A stretch of DNA of 64,000 nucleotides, taken from NCBI GenBank assembly GCA_951406725.2, contig OX597824.1, forward strand, positions 98,022,001-98,086,000, in the 5' to 3' direction. This DNA is from Octopus vulgaris. Taxonomy: Eukaryota. Shown piece after piece: positions 13,032 to 26,617 of the stretch; the first letter of the stretch is position 1; each line of letters starts with the position of its first letter. The translations under genes were made by a program, and so were the position numbers. The notes beneath the pieces were generated by a model. That model worked only from the letters and a program-made list of their open reading frames with translations. It did not search any database and had not been told where the DNA came from.

Positions 13032-14130
13032 ATACATATCAGTCTTTCTATGCCCTGTAAAAGAACTGGGAAGGTTGGACCTCCAGCCAGGCCTTTCACG
13101 ATAATCTTCGTGCTGGAAACTTTCTAACACCCCCGTCGTGTGTAGATAGCTTAAAATCTATTTGTTGATGTGCAACAACGCCGCACAAATGGAACAAAAT
13201 TAATCTCAGAATTAGAAGCAGATTTAATTACCTAAACATTTGCAAGGTCACACACTCTGTGTATGTTTTTTTAAGGCGCTTATTGGCGGAAAATAATACA
13301 TGTTTGGGGTTTTAATGATTAAAACAACTGGGGTTTTTTTAATGAAATTTGTGGTGTATATATGGATGTATATACGTATCTATGTAGGTATATAGGTTAT
13401 ATAGATATGTTTATATGTATGTACAAATGAATGCACGTATGTGTAGGTATGTATGAATGAATATATATATATATATATGTACGTATGCATGTAAGTATGA
13501 ATGTATGTATGTATTTACATACGTACGCATGTATGTATGTGCACATGCATGGATGTATGTATGTGTGTAGGTAGGTAGGTAGGTAGGTAGGTGGGTAGGT
13601 AGATAGGTAGGTAGGTAGGTAGGTAGGTAGGTAGGTAGGTAGGTAGGTAGGTAGGTGGATGGATGTATGCTTTCGTAGATGTATGTATGTTTCCATGTCG
13701 TGAGTTTTACGAAGCCATGGAAGAGATGGAGTTTTAGAGGAGAAAATGAGTTTAGTGAGAGAGAGAGAGAGAGACATGAGTGTGAGGGAGAGGGAGAAGA
13801 TAGAAATAGAGAGAGAGAGAGAGAGAGGGAGGACGTAGAGATGGAAAGAGGGCGAGAGAAAGTGGGGGAAAGATGCGTGTTTAGAAAGAATTACCTTGAC
13901 TGTCAAGTCAGGTGTGGACTGCATTTATTAATTAACACAAAAGGAAGGTGTGAAACAGTGAGTCACTGCGTATTGTAGTGAAGGTGGCAGTGGTGTCGGT
14001 GGCCGGGGGTGGGGGGAGTGTTATCGTTAGTATTTTCTCAATATTCTTTCAAGGTATATTTATATGTACATCACACACACGTACACACACATAAGTTTGT
14101 GTGTGGGGCGGTGTTTCTATGTTTGTGTAG

Positions 14131-14285
14131 GCGTGTGGCTTAGGGTTTAGGGTGTTGCACTCAGGATGCTATGATTGTGGTTTCGATTCCTGGACCGGGC
14201 GACGCGTTGTGTTCTTGAGCAAAACACTTCACTTCACGTTGCTCCAGTCCACTCAGCTGACAAAAATGAGAAACTAGGCGACGGA
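14131..14285 (+). mobile_element. tRNA-headed SINE family C (Meta/CORE-like core)
   Basis: A-box GTGGCTTAGGG, B-box GTTTCGATTCC, then TTGTGTTCTTGAGCAAAACACTT...TGCTCCAGTCCACTCAGCTG. Related relic near 55825-55880. Confidence 0.6.
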
Positions 14286-14341
14286 CAGATGTCCCTTCTG
14301 GGGCATTGAGGAATATATACGCTACAGAATCCTGGAACCAT

Positions 14342-14411
<70 letters not shown>

Positions 14412-14413
14412 GA

Positions 14414-14470
14414 AGGAGCTTCTACAGGACTAGTACTGTTTCATTCAAGAGAAATCTTCAGGAAGCTCCT
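14414..14470 (-). ncRNA. minimal type I hammerhead ribozyme
   Basis: AGGAGCUUC-CUGAAGA-UUUC-UCUU-GAAU-GAAA-CAG-UACUAGUC-CUGUA|GAAGCUCCU. Perfect 9-bp stem I, 4-bp stem III with palindromic ACUAGU loop, GUA cleavage site, U.U at the base of stem II. Confidence 0.8.
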
Positions 14471-14516
14471 GAAGATTTCTCTTGAATGAAACAGTACTAG
14501 TCCTGTAGAAGCTCCT
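14462..14516 (+). ncRNA. second hammerhead copy (mirror arm), bulged stem I
   Basis: CUGAAGA 14469-14475, GAAA 14488-14491, GUA 14505-14507; stem I AGCUC/GAAGCU with one bulge. Confidence 0.7.
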
Positions 14517-14620
14517 TCTATATAATAAATTAATTTTACTCTGCTATGTATTGAGTACCTTACTTACTGTGGTTAACCCCGAATCAACCCGGGACCTACA
14601 TATATATATATATATATATC

Positions 14621-14686
<66 letters not shown>

Positions 14687-14700
14687 GTATGTATATGTAC

Positions 14701-14739
<39 letters not shown>

Positions 14740-15258
14740 GCGTCCACAGACAAGCATGTGCACTCGCGTGCGCATAGACTTATATCTATCGTAACTTCAA
14801 CGCAAACAAGGCTGTTTCTGTAAGAAAGGAAATAGAAAAGAATAAGATAAAAGTGACTGGAAGTTTGTATGGGAAAGAAATGGTAAACTGTAGCAGCAAT
14901 GTGTATGGCTGGAAGAATAGAACAGGGTTACTACAAACATATTGTGTAGAAAGAGTATAAAATGAACGGTGATAAAGTGGGGGATACGTTCTGAGGAAAA
15001 TAACTGAACAGGAAATAGGCAGAAGCAGATCTAATAACGGAACAGTGGTTCAAGAATGTCACCATTTACCTCTGAGATTTGTTAACAATTCCACCATTGT
15101 CGGGAGAACAGGAGGAATAGATTAGATCTACATGAATGGTTGTCAACTGCCTTTCCTCCTGTTATTGTTGAAAGAATAGAGAAACCACCCAAACTGAAAA
15201 TTAACGCTTAGCAACCTGATAGAAAATATCTCTTACAAGAAAGATATTGGTTTCAAAT

Positions 15259-15455
15259 TTTAGCACAAGGCCGGCAAGTTCGGGTGGGGAGGGGGTAGTC
15301 GGTTATATCCACCTCCAGCATTCAGCTGGTACTTATTTTTTCGACTACGAAAGAAGGAAAGACAAAATCGACCCCGTCGGCATTTGAACTCGGATGGGAT
15401 AGTCGGAAGGAATATCGCTAATAATTTTTTGCGGCGCGGCAACGATTCTTCCACC
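15259..15455 (-). mobile_element. diverged SINE family A copy
   Basis: Reverse-complement similarity to family A (GGCACAAGGCC-type tail, CTGGTACTTATT, TTTGAACTC). Confidence 0.7.
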
Positions 15456-15892
15456 AACAATATTAAAATTGAGTAAATTGGCGGCACATAGGAGGAGCAT
15501 GTAGATGTTCAGAGCAGCGACTAATCTACAAAATTATACAGGAAGGAACTTTAAAGAATCGTTGGAACTCGTCGATTGGTCTAAATATGGAATGTGCATT
15601 TCGGACGAGAAGACGAGAAAAACTGATGTCCTGTTTCCCGAATCTTAACATGAACGGCTTAACAAAGCAACCTCTAGATTCGGGTTCAGAACAACCTTTA
15701 TCTTAAACAGAAAGTATGATAGACCCTTTAATAAGGGGAGGACAAGAAATGAATATCTAAAGAGAGGAAAGAAAATATGATTATCAAAACTCTCAGTTAT
15801 CCTTTACATCGCATTTCTGGGCTTATTCTGAGGTCATCAGTTTGTACTGGGAATTGATCAAAAACTTATCAATGTTCATCTTTTATCCCTTA

Positions 15893-16228
15893 TCATTTAC
15901 TTGTTGCAATCATTAGACTGCGCCCATGCTGGGACACCGACTTGAAGAGTTTTAAGTCCAATGTATCAACCGCAGGGCTTATATTTTAAAACCTGGTACT
16001 TGTTCTATAGGTCGCTTTTGCGAACCTCTAAATTATGGGGACATAAATACATCAACACCGGTTGTCAAGCACAGTAGGGACAAAGATAACACAAAGCCAC
16101 GCACTCATATATATACGACGGGCTTCCTTCAGTTTCCGCCTACCAAATCCACTCGGAAGGCTTTGGTCCGCCCGAGGCTATAGTAGGAGGCCCTTGCCCA
16201 AGGTGCCACGCAGTGAGACTGAGCCCGG
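15893..16228 (-). mobile_element. SINE family B copy, head truncated
   Basis: Collinear with 28614-29020. Confidence 0.8.
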
Positions 16229-16699
16229 AGCAATCAAATCTCTCTATAATTAAATATGCAAATTGTCTGGTTGTAAATTCAAATCACTAACTTGCAAATA
16301 GAATAAAATAATTGGTCAAATTGCCTCGAGAGACAAGAGAGAGAGAGGGGGGAGAGATGATGATGATGATGATGATGGCTATGAGTCAATCTGGTGCAAC
16401 AAAAGAGACAGATGTATTTGTCTGAAACAAACGGCCGCCATATTCATTGCGGTTTTTGAGTCTTGTTTAATGTGACGGATCTTAAATCGCTGACTTGTCA
16501 TCGAGTTAAGATTACAGAAGATGTTGTTATTGTTGTTGTTGTTGCTGCTGCTGCTGATGATGATGGTGATGTTGTTTTAATGGTGATGGTGACGGTGATG
16601 CTGATGTTATTGTTGATGTTGCTCTGGTTGTTGTTGTTGTTGTTGATGTTGTTGTTCCTGCTTGTGTTGTCGTCGTCGTTTAGACCAAATACTCCCTGG

Positions 16700-16865
16700 A
16701 TCAAGCGGTCACAATATCAAAGGCTTTCCAACCGTAACAATCCCGTCTTTTCACACCTGGGCTGACATACTCTAATGTGCCCTTTACTCAAGTCGACGAG
16801 ATATTACTGTAAGGAAGATTAGGCTGCTATCTTTAGCCTGTTAAACCACTCTGTAGTGACTCCAC
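16700..16865 (+). mobile_element. old dispersed repeat family D (unclassified, SINE-like)
   Basis: Motifs ATCAAAGG..TTCCAGCC.TGACCATCC and GATTTGGCTGCTATTTCTAGC recur, degraded, near 11440, 16715, 20795, 26310, 49970, 55200(-), 56915, 58115 and 59035(-). Confidence 0.55.
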
Positions 16866-16876
16866 TGACAAATACT

Positions 16877-16916
<40 letters not shown>

Positions 16917-16935
16917 TACACACACACACACACAA

Positions 16936-17308
16936 GAGTTAAGGAATGGAGTAGAAAAGATCCGGGCTACGTTTAATCAAGATTCTCTTGACCTGAAGCA
17001 TAGCCTGCGATATACACCTCACTTGGATATTTACCACTTTCGTGGTTCCGCTCGCTATGAAACATATGTAGCCCGGATCTCATCTACTCCATTCCTTAAC
17101 TCTTGCATTCTTTTTCGCATTCTCTTCAAACCTTGTCGCCTACTGTGAAATATAACAAGGAACTTTTTTCAGTTTATCTTACTTCGATACGAAAAAAAAA
17201 AATCCACAACCTTCCGTCTCAATAAACCACTCTTGTCCCTGAAAGTCTTGTTTTTTTTATATTTACTGAGGATTGCTTGAAGCTAACTTTCTTCCTACAC
17301 CTCGATCC
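16936..17308 (+). mobile_element. second copy of the 12503-13031 PLE-like family, short 5' inversion, extended-stem-II hammerhead
   Basis: 16936-16970 is inverted against about 17067-17103. CUGAAGC 16993-16999; stem II AUAGC/GCUAU; GAAAC-AUAU-GUA 17059-17070. Tail ends next to (TATG)n; 5' flank is (CA)n. Confidence 0.68.
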
Positions 17309-17322
17309 CCGGATCTTCCATT

Positions 17323-17354
<32 letters not shown>

Positions 17355-17442
17355 TGTATGTATGTGTGTATGTGTTTGTGTGTGTATATGTGTGTGTATA
17401 TATATATATAAAATGCATGTATGTATATATATATATATATAT

Positions 17443-17490
<48 letters not shown>

Positions 17491-17960
17491 TAGAGAGAGA
17501 GAGAGAGAGAGAGAGGGGGTGGAAGAAGTATGTGTGTGTGTGTGTGTACCTTCACAAACAGTGGGATTGTCACGTCCAGATTGTCATTGATCACAGCGCT
17601 AGAGAGCGATAGCACCAACACCAAGCACGTTATTTGTAATAGTAAGTAGAGTTATTACAACATCTGTGGTGTCGGGAGGGGAGGGAAGGAGGTCAGGTTT
17701 TTAGATTTCGAAGTGACAAGGAAACTGTATACAAAGCAAACAATACAAGGGTTTGCATCGAGGAGTCTGCTCCCAGTCAACACAAACACATTAACAAAAC
17801 AACAAGACAAACCACGCATTATTTGGGGCCCTGCCGTTTAACTGTGTTTAAGCTGACGGTTAAGAAAATATTTCTAGTTATCTGTCAGGGCAAAAGTCAA
17901 ACGGAACATTGTGAGCGATTTTACACGGTAAAGGCTATTGAAATGAGATGTAAAGAAATG

Positions 17961-18030
<70 letters not shown>

Positions 18031-18360
18031 AAGAAAGGAAGAGAGAAGAAAATAAGAAGACAAAAATACGAAACAGAGTTTTAGTGAGTTATACAAGAAG
18101 TATAGAATATACAGAATATATAGATGTATAACAATACGGTTGAAAGATAAATAGTATTTTGATTTTAAAGTCACAGACACCCGGCTGTGTGACAACGTAA
18201 ACAAATGTCTTCTACCCCAGCATCCGCTTTTACAAAGCATTGCTTGAAAGTTAGTCGGTGGAAACTGCATGAATCCCATCGAAAAGTTTGTAGGTGAGCG
18301 ATGTCCAATGGGTTATCTATTATTGGGGGACAGACACAGACAGACAGACACACACACAAT

Positions 18361-18406
<46 letters not shown>

Positions 18407-18664
18407 GTTGTGGTAAAAAAACTTTTTCTCAGAATATTTTGCACAATAAATTTTTAAGAAATCTGGACATCTTTCTTACTGTTCTAACCATTCAACTTCA
18501 AATTGCAATTGTTAATCGTTGGAAGTCAATAAGACTGAGAGATGTACATAAAGTATTATCGTATAGAACGGACGTGCAATACGAAGGTTTGAACTCATTA
18601 TCTTGTGGTTAGTAATCCATTTCCTTCAATTTGAAGCCATTAAGTCTTTAAACATTATTTTACT

Positions 18665-18980
18665 GGGTTTAGTATTTCGACTGTCGCCATGTTGGGGCAT
18701 CACCTTCAAAAATTTAATTGATTATACTGACCTCACTAAGTATTTCAATCTGGCATTTATTTTATCGACCTCTGCTTGATGAACTGCTAAGCTTGAGACA
18801 TATGTAAACACGCACACACACATATTAGGTGCAAGAATGATTGGGTGGTTGAGAAGTTTGTTTCCCGACACCATGGTTCCACGTTCAGTCCCTCTGCACG
18901 GTACCTTGGGCAAGTGCTTTCTACTATAGCCCTAGGTCAACCACAGACTTGTGACTAAATTTGGTAGACGGAAACTGCAG
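18665..18980. mobile_element. SINE family B fragments (minus 3' part about 18665-18810; plus head about 18828-18980)
   Basis: Similarity to full family B copies. Confidence 0.7.
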
Positions 18981-18999
18981 CGTTATTCATCAGAAAATT

Positions 19000-19135
19000 A
19001 CCGAAAAACATGTTTATAAAGAAGAGTTGTTTGCTTCATACTCCTTGTGTACCGATTCTGCCCATAAGAAAAGAACAAATAATACAATGTGGCTGTAGGT
19101 CATAACACCCTGGCAACGCCGGGGTGCATTGCTAG
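19000..19135 (+). mobile_element. Helitron 3' terminus
   Basis: GC-rich hairpin CACCCTGGC-AAC-GCCGGGGTG (19106-19126) followed by CTAG|T (19132-19136), the canonical Helitron end. 5' boundary unknown. Confidence 0.7.
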
Positions 19136-19967
19136 TATATGTGTGTGTGTGTGTAATTATATATATATAGCTATATATATGTCTACATACGCACGCATAT
19201 ACACATGTATACATATATAATTATATATGTATGTATATATATATATATATATACACACACGCGCGCACATACACATACATTCATACCTATATAACCATAC
19301 ACGTATATATGTTCGAGTATCTGTGTGTGAATCTCTCTCTCCCTCTCTTTCTTTTTTTCTCTCCCTCTCTCCCTCCCTCCCTCCCTCCCTCTTTCTTTCT
19401 TTCTTTCTTTCTCTCCCCCCTCTCTCACTCTCTCTCTGATACTTTTTGCGATTTAATCTTTTATATAAAAAGCCTTTCCATATTTCCTTATTAGTCTTTT
19501 GTGTTTGGCAAAGTAAATAATCGCAAATCTTCTTGTCCATTGTCAGTAAGTTATTATAACAATCCGTAATGGTAGCGGTGGTGGTAGTACTAGTGGTGCA
19601 TGAAGTGCTGGTAGTGGTGGTGGTGGTGGTGGTGGTGGTGGTGGTGGTGGTGGTGGTGGTGGCAGTGCCGCTGCCTCTTTCGATGCTGCTGTTTCTTTGA
19701 TGTTTAGCACCGGATCAGCCCTTACTGGGACCACCTATGATCAAAGTTCCAGATATGATCTCCGCAACCACCATTTTTTTTTACTACCACAACCATCACC
19801 CACCAGCAGCTCCTCCATAACTACAAATACTCACTACCACCACCACCACCACTACCACCACCGCCACCACCCTATCTAGGTCAACCAAATCAGTCAACCG
19901 TGACAGTTTTAGAAACAATTGGTAACTGTAAACAATATCTGTTGTTTACAGTTGTTTTGTGTTATGC

Positions 19968-20028
<61 letters not shown>

Positions 20029-21355
20029 CGGTGAGGAGTGCAGGGTGGTAAGAGAATAGGGGTGGCGCGTGTGGTGATGATGGTGGGATGGCGACGAATT
20101 TGGAAGAAATGATTTAGGGTGTCTGGGTGGAGGGCGCGGAGCACGTGATGTAGAATAATGGTGAGAGGTAGAGATGTGTGGTGGTGGTGGTGGTGGTGGT
20201 GGAATATGACCGGATGTGTATGCATAAGAGGGAGCCAAAGTAACAAGGTGCCAAGTAGGGTGGAGAGGGAGCAGGTTACCGCTTCATTATTATTATTATT
20301 TTTGTTGTTGTTGTTGTTGCTACTATTCCAATTTTTACTATTATTAGCGTTCGTTTTCAGATAATTATCTGAATCGAATATAATTACTAGATGTTCTAAT
20401 TGGTTGAAATACTTGTGGATTGTCAGAGTATCATTAATGTTATTAGCATCGTTGCCACTATACTCATCCTCTTCGCAGCATCATCTTGATCATCCTCATC
20501 ATCCTCCTCATCATCATCCTTATCTTCACAGCATCATCATCACTATTGCCCACATCAACCACAACCACCTCTGCTATCATCGTCATCCATATCAACCTTA
20601 CCTTCATGGTCATCATCAACATCATCCTCATCCTCATCATCAACATCATAATCAACTTCATCATCAACAACATCATCATCAACAACACCATCGTTTTCAC
20701 CATCACCATCGTCGCTGCAATTAAGGATCACCTTAATTGCCACCAAGGGAATGTGACGAAGTGTTCCATTCAAGCGATGGACAGCAAACAACTTCCCGGC
20801 TTCCAGCAACGACCATCCCGCCTTGTGTAAATTGAAGAACGAGCACAACACTACCTCTCTTCTTGTTCGATCCCCTGACAGGTCTGTTTACATAAGCGAA
20901 AATAATATAAACATAATTTCGGAAGCAAAAATTATATTTCTTGACAGGTCTTTACAGCTGTTCCAAACATTCAGTTACAGGTTGATGCAGTAATGTACAT
21001 TATGCAAATGTGTTTGCATACAGGTGCATAAATGTGCATTAAACAAGTAGAAATTATGATAAATACATAAACATCTTACATAAATATATTCAAGGCAGAA
21101 GCGTTGAGTCACCTGTATGCATGTATGTATGTATATACGTATGTGTGTGTGTGTATGTATGTTTGTTTGTAAGTGTGTATGTGTGTACATAATATGTGTA
21201 TGTGCGTGTGTATTTATGTATGTATGTGTATATATGTGTATGTATGTATGTATATACGTATGTGTGTATGTGCGTATGTATGTATGTATGTATGTATTTA
21301 CGTATGTGTGTATGTGTAGGTATGCATGTATGTATGCGTGTATGTGTGTATGTAT

Positions 21356-21461
21356 GTCATTATTCAGTTTTATTCCAAGATTTCTTGCCAATACAAGAAA
21401 GAACCGGTTTCTAACTTATATCCAAAGCTCCTTCATTGGAATTTCAGTATCAATAACAGGG
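21356..21461 (-). mobile_element. about 105-bp element homologous to an R4/Dong-like LINE 3' UTR, in TATG repeats
   Basis: Near reverse complement of 44566-44670; shares GAACCGGTTTC(T/C)AAA/C-type core with 24895-24935. Confidence 0.75.
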
Positions 21462-21479
21462 CATTTTGTTGATGTATAT

Positions 21480-21516
<37 letters not shown>

Positions 21517-21877
21517 TGTATGTGTGTATGTATGTATGTATGTATGCATGCATGGATGGATGGATGTATTTATGTATGCATGCATGTATGAATGTGTGTA
21601 TGTATATGTGAGTTGTATCAATACACTCATGTCTGCGTATTTATACGTACGTTGGTGAGAACGCAACAGTAACTAATTTTAAACAGTTACAGGAGACTCG
21701 TACCAATGATTAGGCCGCAGAAATGCGACGAAATTTGAACAAATCTAAAATATACGAAATGCAGCATATCAGGTTTGGTGTCCTCTTGAATAGCGGAAAT
21801 GGATCTCCATGATGTAAATGCATCAAACAAGCACACACACATACACACACACACACACAGGAACAAACACACACAGG

Positions 21878-21915
<38 letters not shown>

Positions 21916-22181
21916 AATGTGTGTGTGTTGTATGCGATGCACTGAAATGAATGCCAAGCAGAAACAATATAAACACGCACAGATTGGTGTTAACATGTAA
22001 AATATTTCCCTTATTGACACGAGACGGACAGACAGACACGAAAAATATTTAAAATGCTAGAGCGACGTCAGAGCTGTGAACAGCAAATAGTCATTAGAAT
22101 TAGAGAACATTGTGTATGTGTGAGCATGTATACAAACACACATACACATATATATACATATATGCATATATGTAAATATAA

Positions 22182-22247
<66 letters not shown>

Positions 22248-22252
22248 ATATA

Positions 22253-22336
<84 letters not shown>

Positions 22337-22546
22337 CATACATACACCCACTACTTTGTACTCTGCGTACTGTTGGTAGCAGGCGGAAGTGAGAATATGG
22401 AGCGGATCAAAGCCAGATGTTTACAGACATCGTTGGAAGGAAGAATAAACAAACGCCATTATTATCAAACACTCGTTGAGGGTGAAAACATCGCGATTAG
22501 GCCGCCATATTGACACGAGTGTTGTGAATCAGTGAGCGCGTGCGCG

Positions 22547-22577
<31 letters not shown>

Positions 22578-22900
22578 CTATAGTGGCATTCCAGACGGTA
22601 CGGAAGCGCTGCCGTATAATGGAATTCCATATCGTGAGGGTACCTTTAATCCAAGGTACCCTCATTTATTTGTATTTGTCCGTTTCTTATTGAGCCTAGA
22701 TTATCAAATTCTCCATCTTTTCCACCTTCCAACACAAATCTACAATCTGAATCTCACTCTACGTCGTCCCCGCCGTGCCAGCCACTCATTAAAACATACA
22801 TTTATCAGTACTTTCTCATTTCTACTCTCTCACACTGGAACGCCTACACCTTTCCAGCACTACCTATTCTCCCTCCCAAAAGAATCAGGAATCTCTGCAG

Positions 22901-22947
<47 letters not shown>

Positions 22948-23039
22948 CAGTTTCAATGGTACAAGAGAGGTATATGCAAGGATCAGACAGAAAGAAAGAA
23001 AGAAAGGTAGGTAGATGATAGGTAGACAGACAGATAGAT

Positions 23040-23188
<149 letters not shown>

Positions 23189-23599
23189 CAGGCAGACAGG
23201 CAAACAGAGAGACTGACAGACAGACTGACAGACAGATGAGTGCTTATATGTGCGTGTACCTAAGTTCGTGCATAATAACAATTGTTGTTGTTCTTCTTGT
23301 TCTAAACTTTTTTTGTGCTTGTTGTTATTATTGATAGACTATTGGAATCGGTAAACAAGATAAAACGGTAGCCATGGAGTAAGGCAGCAGCAGTAAGGCC
23401 CATCAAACACATCATAGTTAAATGGCAAACAATTCTACGGATACGCACAAAGGTTGGCATCATAAAAAAAAGAAACAAATCCTATTCATATTAAAAAAAA
23501 AAGAGAGAGAATATTCCAAAAGGAATTCCCTCCTCTTCACTCCTCTTCTCTTCGGCATTGACATATTTACCAAGTGTTCTAAATCAAACAGCATCAGAT

Positions 23600-24110
23600 A
23601 GAAATGCTATGGAAGGTCATTCAATAATCTTTTGTGAACGGTTGACCTCAAAATGTTCGCTGCCGATGTCCAAACAACAGGAATCGCTTTCACAGACAAT
23701 GCACAAATGAATTGATATGGAATTTGGTTTGGAAAGTAGCCCAAGGCTCTCCTCCGTTTGGTGATATCAGAAGGAATAAAGAGACAGATTTTGTAGGTTT
23801 AAACCAAACCGTATTGAAATACTGGGAAATTAAAGGAAATGTTTTGGAAGTAACATTAAAGACAGATTAATACTTTTAAAGATTAATTAGATCGATGCTT
23901 AAAACAGAATTAAATGCTCAAAACAAGAGAATTGGCATCAATACTCATACCATTCCAGTCATGAATTAGAACTGTTTCATCAGGGAATTATCAAGACCAG
24001 ACAGAAAAGATAAGAAACATATTGCAGTTGGGATAGAACATCCGATTATTTAAGAAAGAGTATTTATATTTACCCCAGAGAGAGGTGGGGGCTTATGCAA
24101 TAAGAAAACT
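23600..24110 (+). mobile_element. degraded R4/Dong-like non-LTR retrotransposon RT fragment
   Basis: Frameshifted motifs DLKMFA, DMEFGLE, KY.G, ELNAQNKRIGINTHTIPV, DRK.R, YLYLP...GGL. Confidence 0.7.
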
Positions 24111-24321
24111 TATTTTCAAATATCTGCGGTAGGAATTGGAGTAAAGAACAACGAAAAAAAATATGGTTAAAAAGTTTAAAAAGCAACCGTTTCCTGTCTT
24201 GAACGAAGCCAAGAAATACAAAAGGAAAAGTGAGATAAAATAAATTAATGAATAAAAGATGGAGAAAAAACATCAGTTCAGAAATAATATTGTATACGGT
24301 ACACACTGGCAAGAAAGGTGA

Positions 24322-24410
<89 letters not shown>

Positions 24411-24702
24411 ATATGTATGTATGTATTATACATAACGTATTGAGTTATGTGAATGTATAAGCTTATCGACATTATTTCTCGATGAGTAAAAACTTTCTTC
24501 TCATTTTTTGAAGAACCCGTTTTAAGAATGAAGTTGATTCTATAAAACAGGAAAACATTTTTCTGCAGACTTCTGCTACAAAATATTTCTGTCCTAAACT
24601 AACTTAAGTTTGGACAAAACGAAGGGCGAAAGCATAAAACGGAAATCGAAGTTTCAAGAAAACAAAACTGAAAAAAGAGTAATTGTGAAATGATAACAAT
24701 GA

Positions 24703-24735
<33 letters not shown>

Positions 24736-24861
24736 ATGCATGCACGTATGTATGTTTGTATGTATGGATATATGTATGCATGCATGCTTGTATGTATGCA
24801 TTTATGCGTTCATGTATATATGTATGTATCAATATATGTATGTATGCATGCATGCATGCAT

Positions 24862-25500
24862 GTCTCTTCTATTTTCTGATTATTATAAATCTTCCACTGA
24901 GAAGGGAACCGGTTTCCAACAAAGATACAAGGCTCCATCTTTGGGATATAGTTAACACAGACAAATTTAAGAAAAGTCTTGCATATTTTTACTCTTCCAC
25001 TCACAGATTGCACTTGTAATGTATGAATTAGCCGGTCGGTGTCTCTTTCTGAAAATCCCAGTTTATCCAGATTCTCCTTTAAGCATTTACTAACAAAACC
25101 TAGTGTTCTAATTATTATTGGTATGAATATGAATTCATAGTCTGGATATAGAAGCTGGAGATTTCGAAGCAGTTGTCCATAGATATCCTCTTTTCCTTTG
25201 ATTTTCAAAGAGATATTTATATCTGCAGGACAGCTGACCACTATGATGATACATACCTTTGTCCCTCTGTCCCAAATGACAATATCCACCCTGTTATGTT
25301 TACATTTCACAGAGGTTTTGATGGGAATATTCCATTAGTATTACTTGAGTTGATGTTTATGAATGTATCCCATAACAGAGGGATTTTTAAAGTTTATTTC
25401 AAGACAGTCTTTTTAGCGGATGGCAATGTAAATTGTTTTAGCAAAAGCACCGTGCCACATAGGGAGGTAGCGCCGTGACGACGTTTTAGGACATCTGCTA
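24862..25500 (-). mobile_element. 3' end of R4/Dong-like (REL-endonuclease) LINE with 3' UTR, flanked by (TATG)-type repeats
   Basis: SRCPKTSSRRYLPMWHGAFAK (zinc-knuckle end/RHD-like) and KHNRVDIVIWDRGTKVCIIIVVSCPADINISLKIKGKEDIYGQL (PD..E..K.Y restriction-like nuclease, catalytic residues mutated). Confidence 0.85.
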
Positions 25501-25554
25501 ATCACATGCGTATGTATGTATGTATGTATGTATGTATGTATGTATGTATGTATG

Positions 25555-25586
<32 letters not shown>

Positions 25587-25721
25587 GTTGAAAAGAGACA
25601 GAAGATTAGAATCCGAATGTAATTAATGATGAACAACCAATGACTGATATCAACAGATCGAAGCTGATCAGTATTCGATTTAGTGTTGTTATTCGACCTA
25701 AAACTTATTTTGTTAATATCG

Positions 25722-25860
25722 TCATTGTTGTCCCATGCCCATTTGGAGAGTTGGGCCATCACAGCTGCTGCCTTGCTAATGCGTATATTGAGCTCGGCAT
25801 CAAGGGATTGGTTGTAGGTGACGGTAGAGCCAAGATCGGTAAACTTCTCCACCTCCAGTA
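25722..25860 (-). mobile_element. RTE-clade LINE fragment
   Basis: [42 protein letters not shown] matches the post-RT F.YLGS...D.E...RI.KA motif. Confidence 0.8.
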
Positions 25861-25886
25861 GTCTGTGGTCTCCAATATGTATGTAT

Positions 25887-25928
<42 letters not shown>

Positions 25929-26585
25929 TGTGTGTATGTATATATGTATGTATATATATATATATATTATATATACATACATATACACATGTATAAATAT
26001 ATGTATATATATACATACATACATACATACATACATACATACATACATTCATAGGTATGTATATACATGCACACACGCATACATCACCCCTAAATGGGGA
26101 CAGCCCCTAATGTTAAATCAGTGCAATTCAGAAATACCAATTTGTCCTTTTCGCTGTTTGGGAATCTATTCAACCCCCACCCACACCCTCCACCCCAAAC
26201 ACTCAAAACGCCCTTTTTCCAAAAGGATATAATTACTTCAGCTAAGATTACCAAATATTTGTTGTTGGTGTTGTAGTTATTGTTTAAGGTGTGGTGAGTA
26301 TCATGTACTATCGAAGGTGTTCCGGCCGTGGCCATCCTATATTTTACATATCAGATATTTCATTGTCAAATGCGTCCTTTGTTTTAGTAATTTGGAGTCT
26401 ATTTGGCTGTTATTTTCTGTAGGTCGAGTGGCCACTTAAATGCACCTTGATTCAACTTGGGACGAATATTCTTATGTATAACTTACCAAATACGATACCT
26501 TTAGGGTACATAGTACTAAGGGCCTTTAATTTGATATCTTGGAAGGATCCTTTATCCATGGGGACGACTGTTTTGAGGTTGTCGT

Positions 26586-26617
<32 letters not shown>

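Larger units (their letters stand above)
14403..14527. repeat. perfect palindrome, 61-bp arms, 3-nt loop, within (TA)n
   Basis: 14403-14463 is the exact reverse complement of 14467-14527. Confidence 0.97.

Noticed and set aside
20948-20975. Minus-strand GGAACAGCTGTA resembling HHR stem III
   Set aside because: GAAA mutated and no CUGANGA; too degenerate to call.
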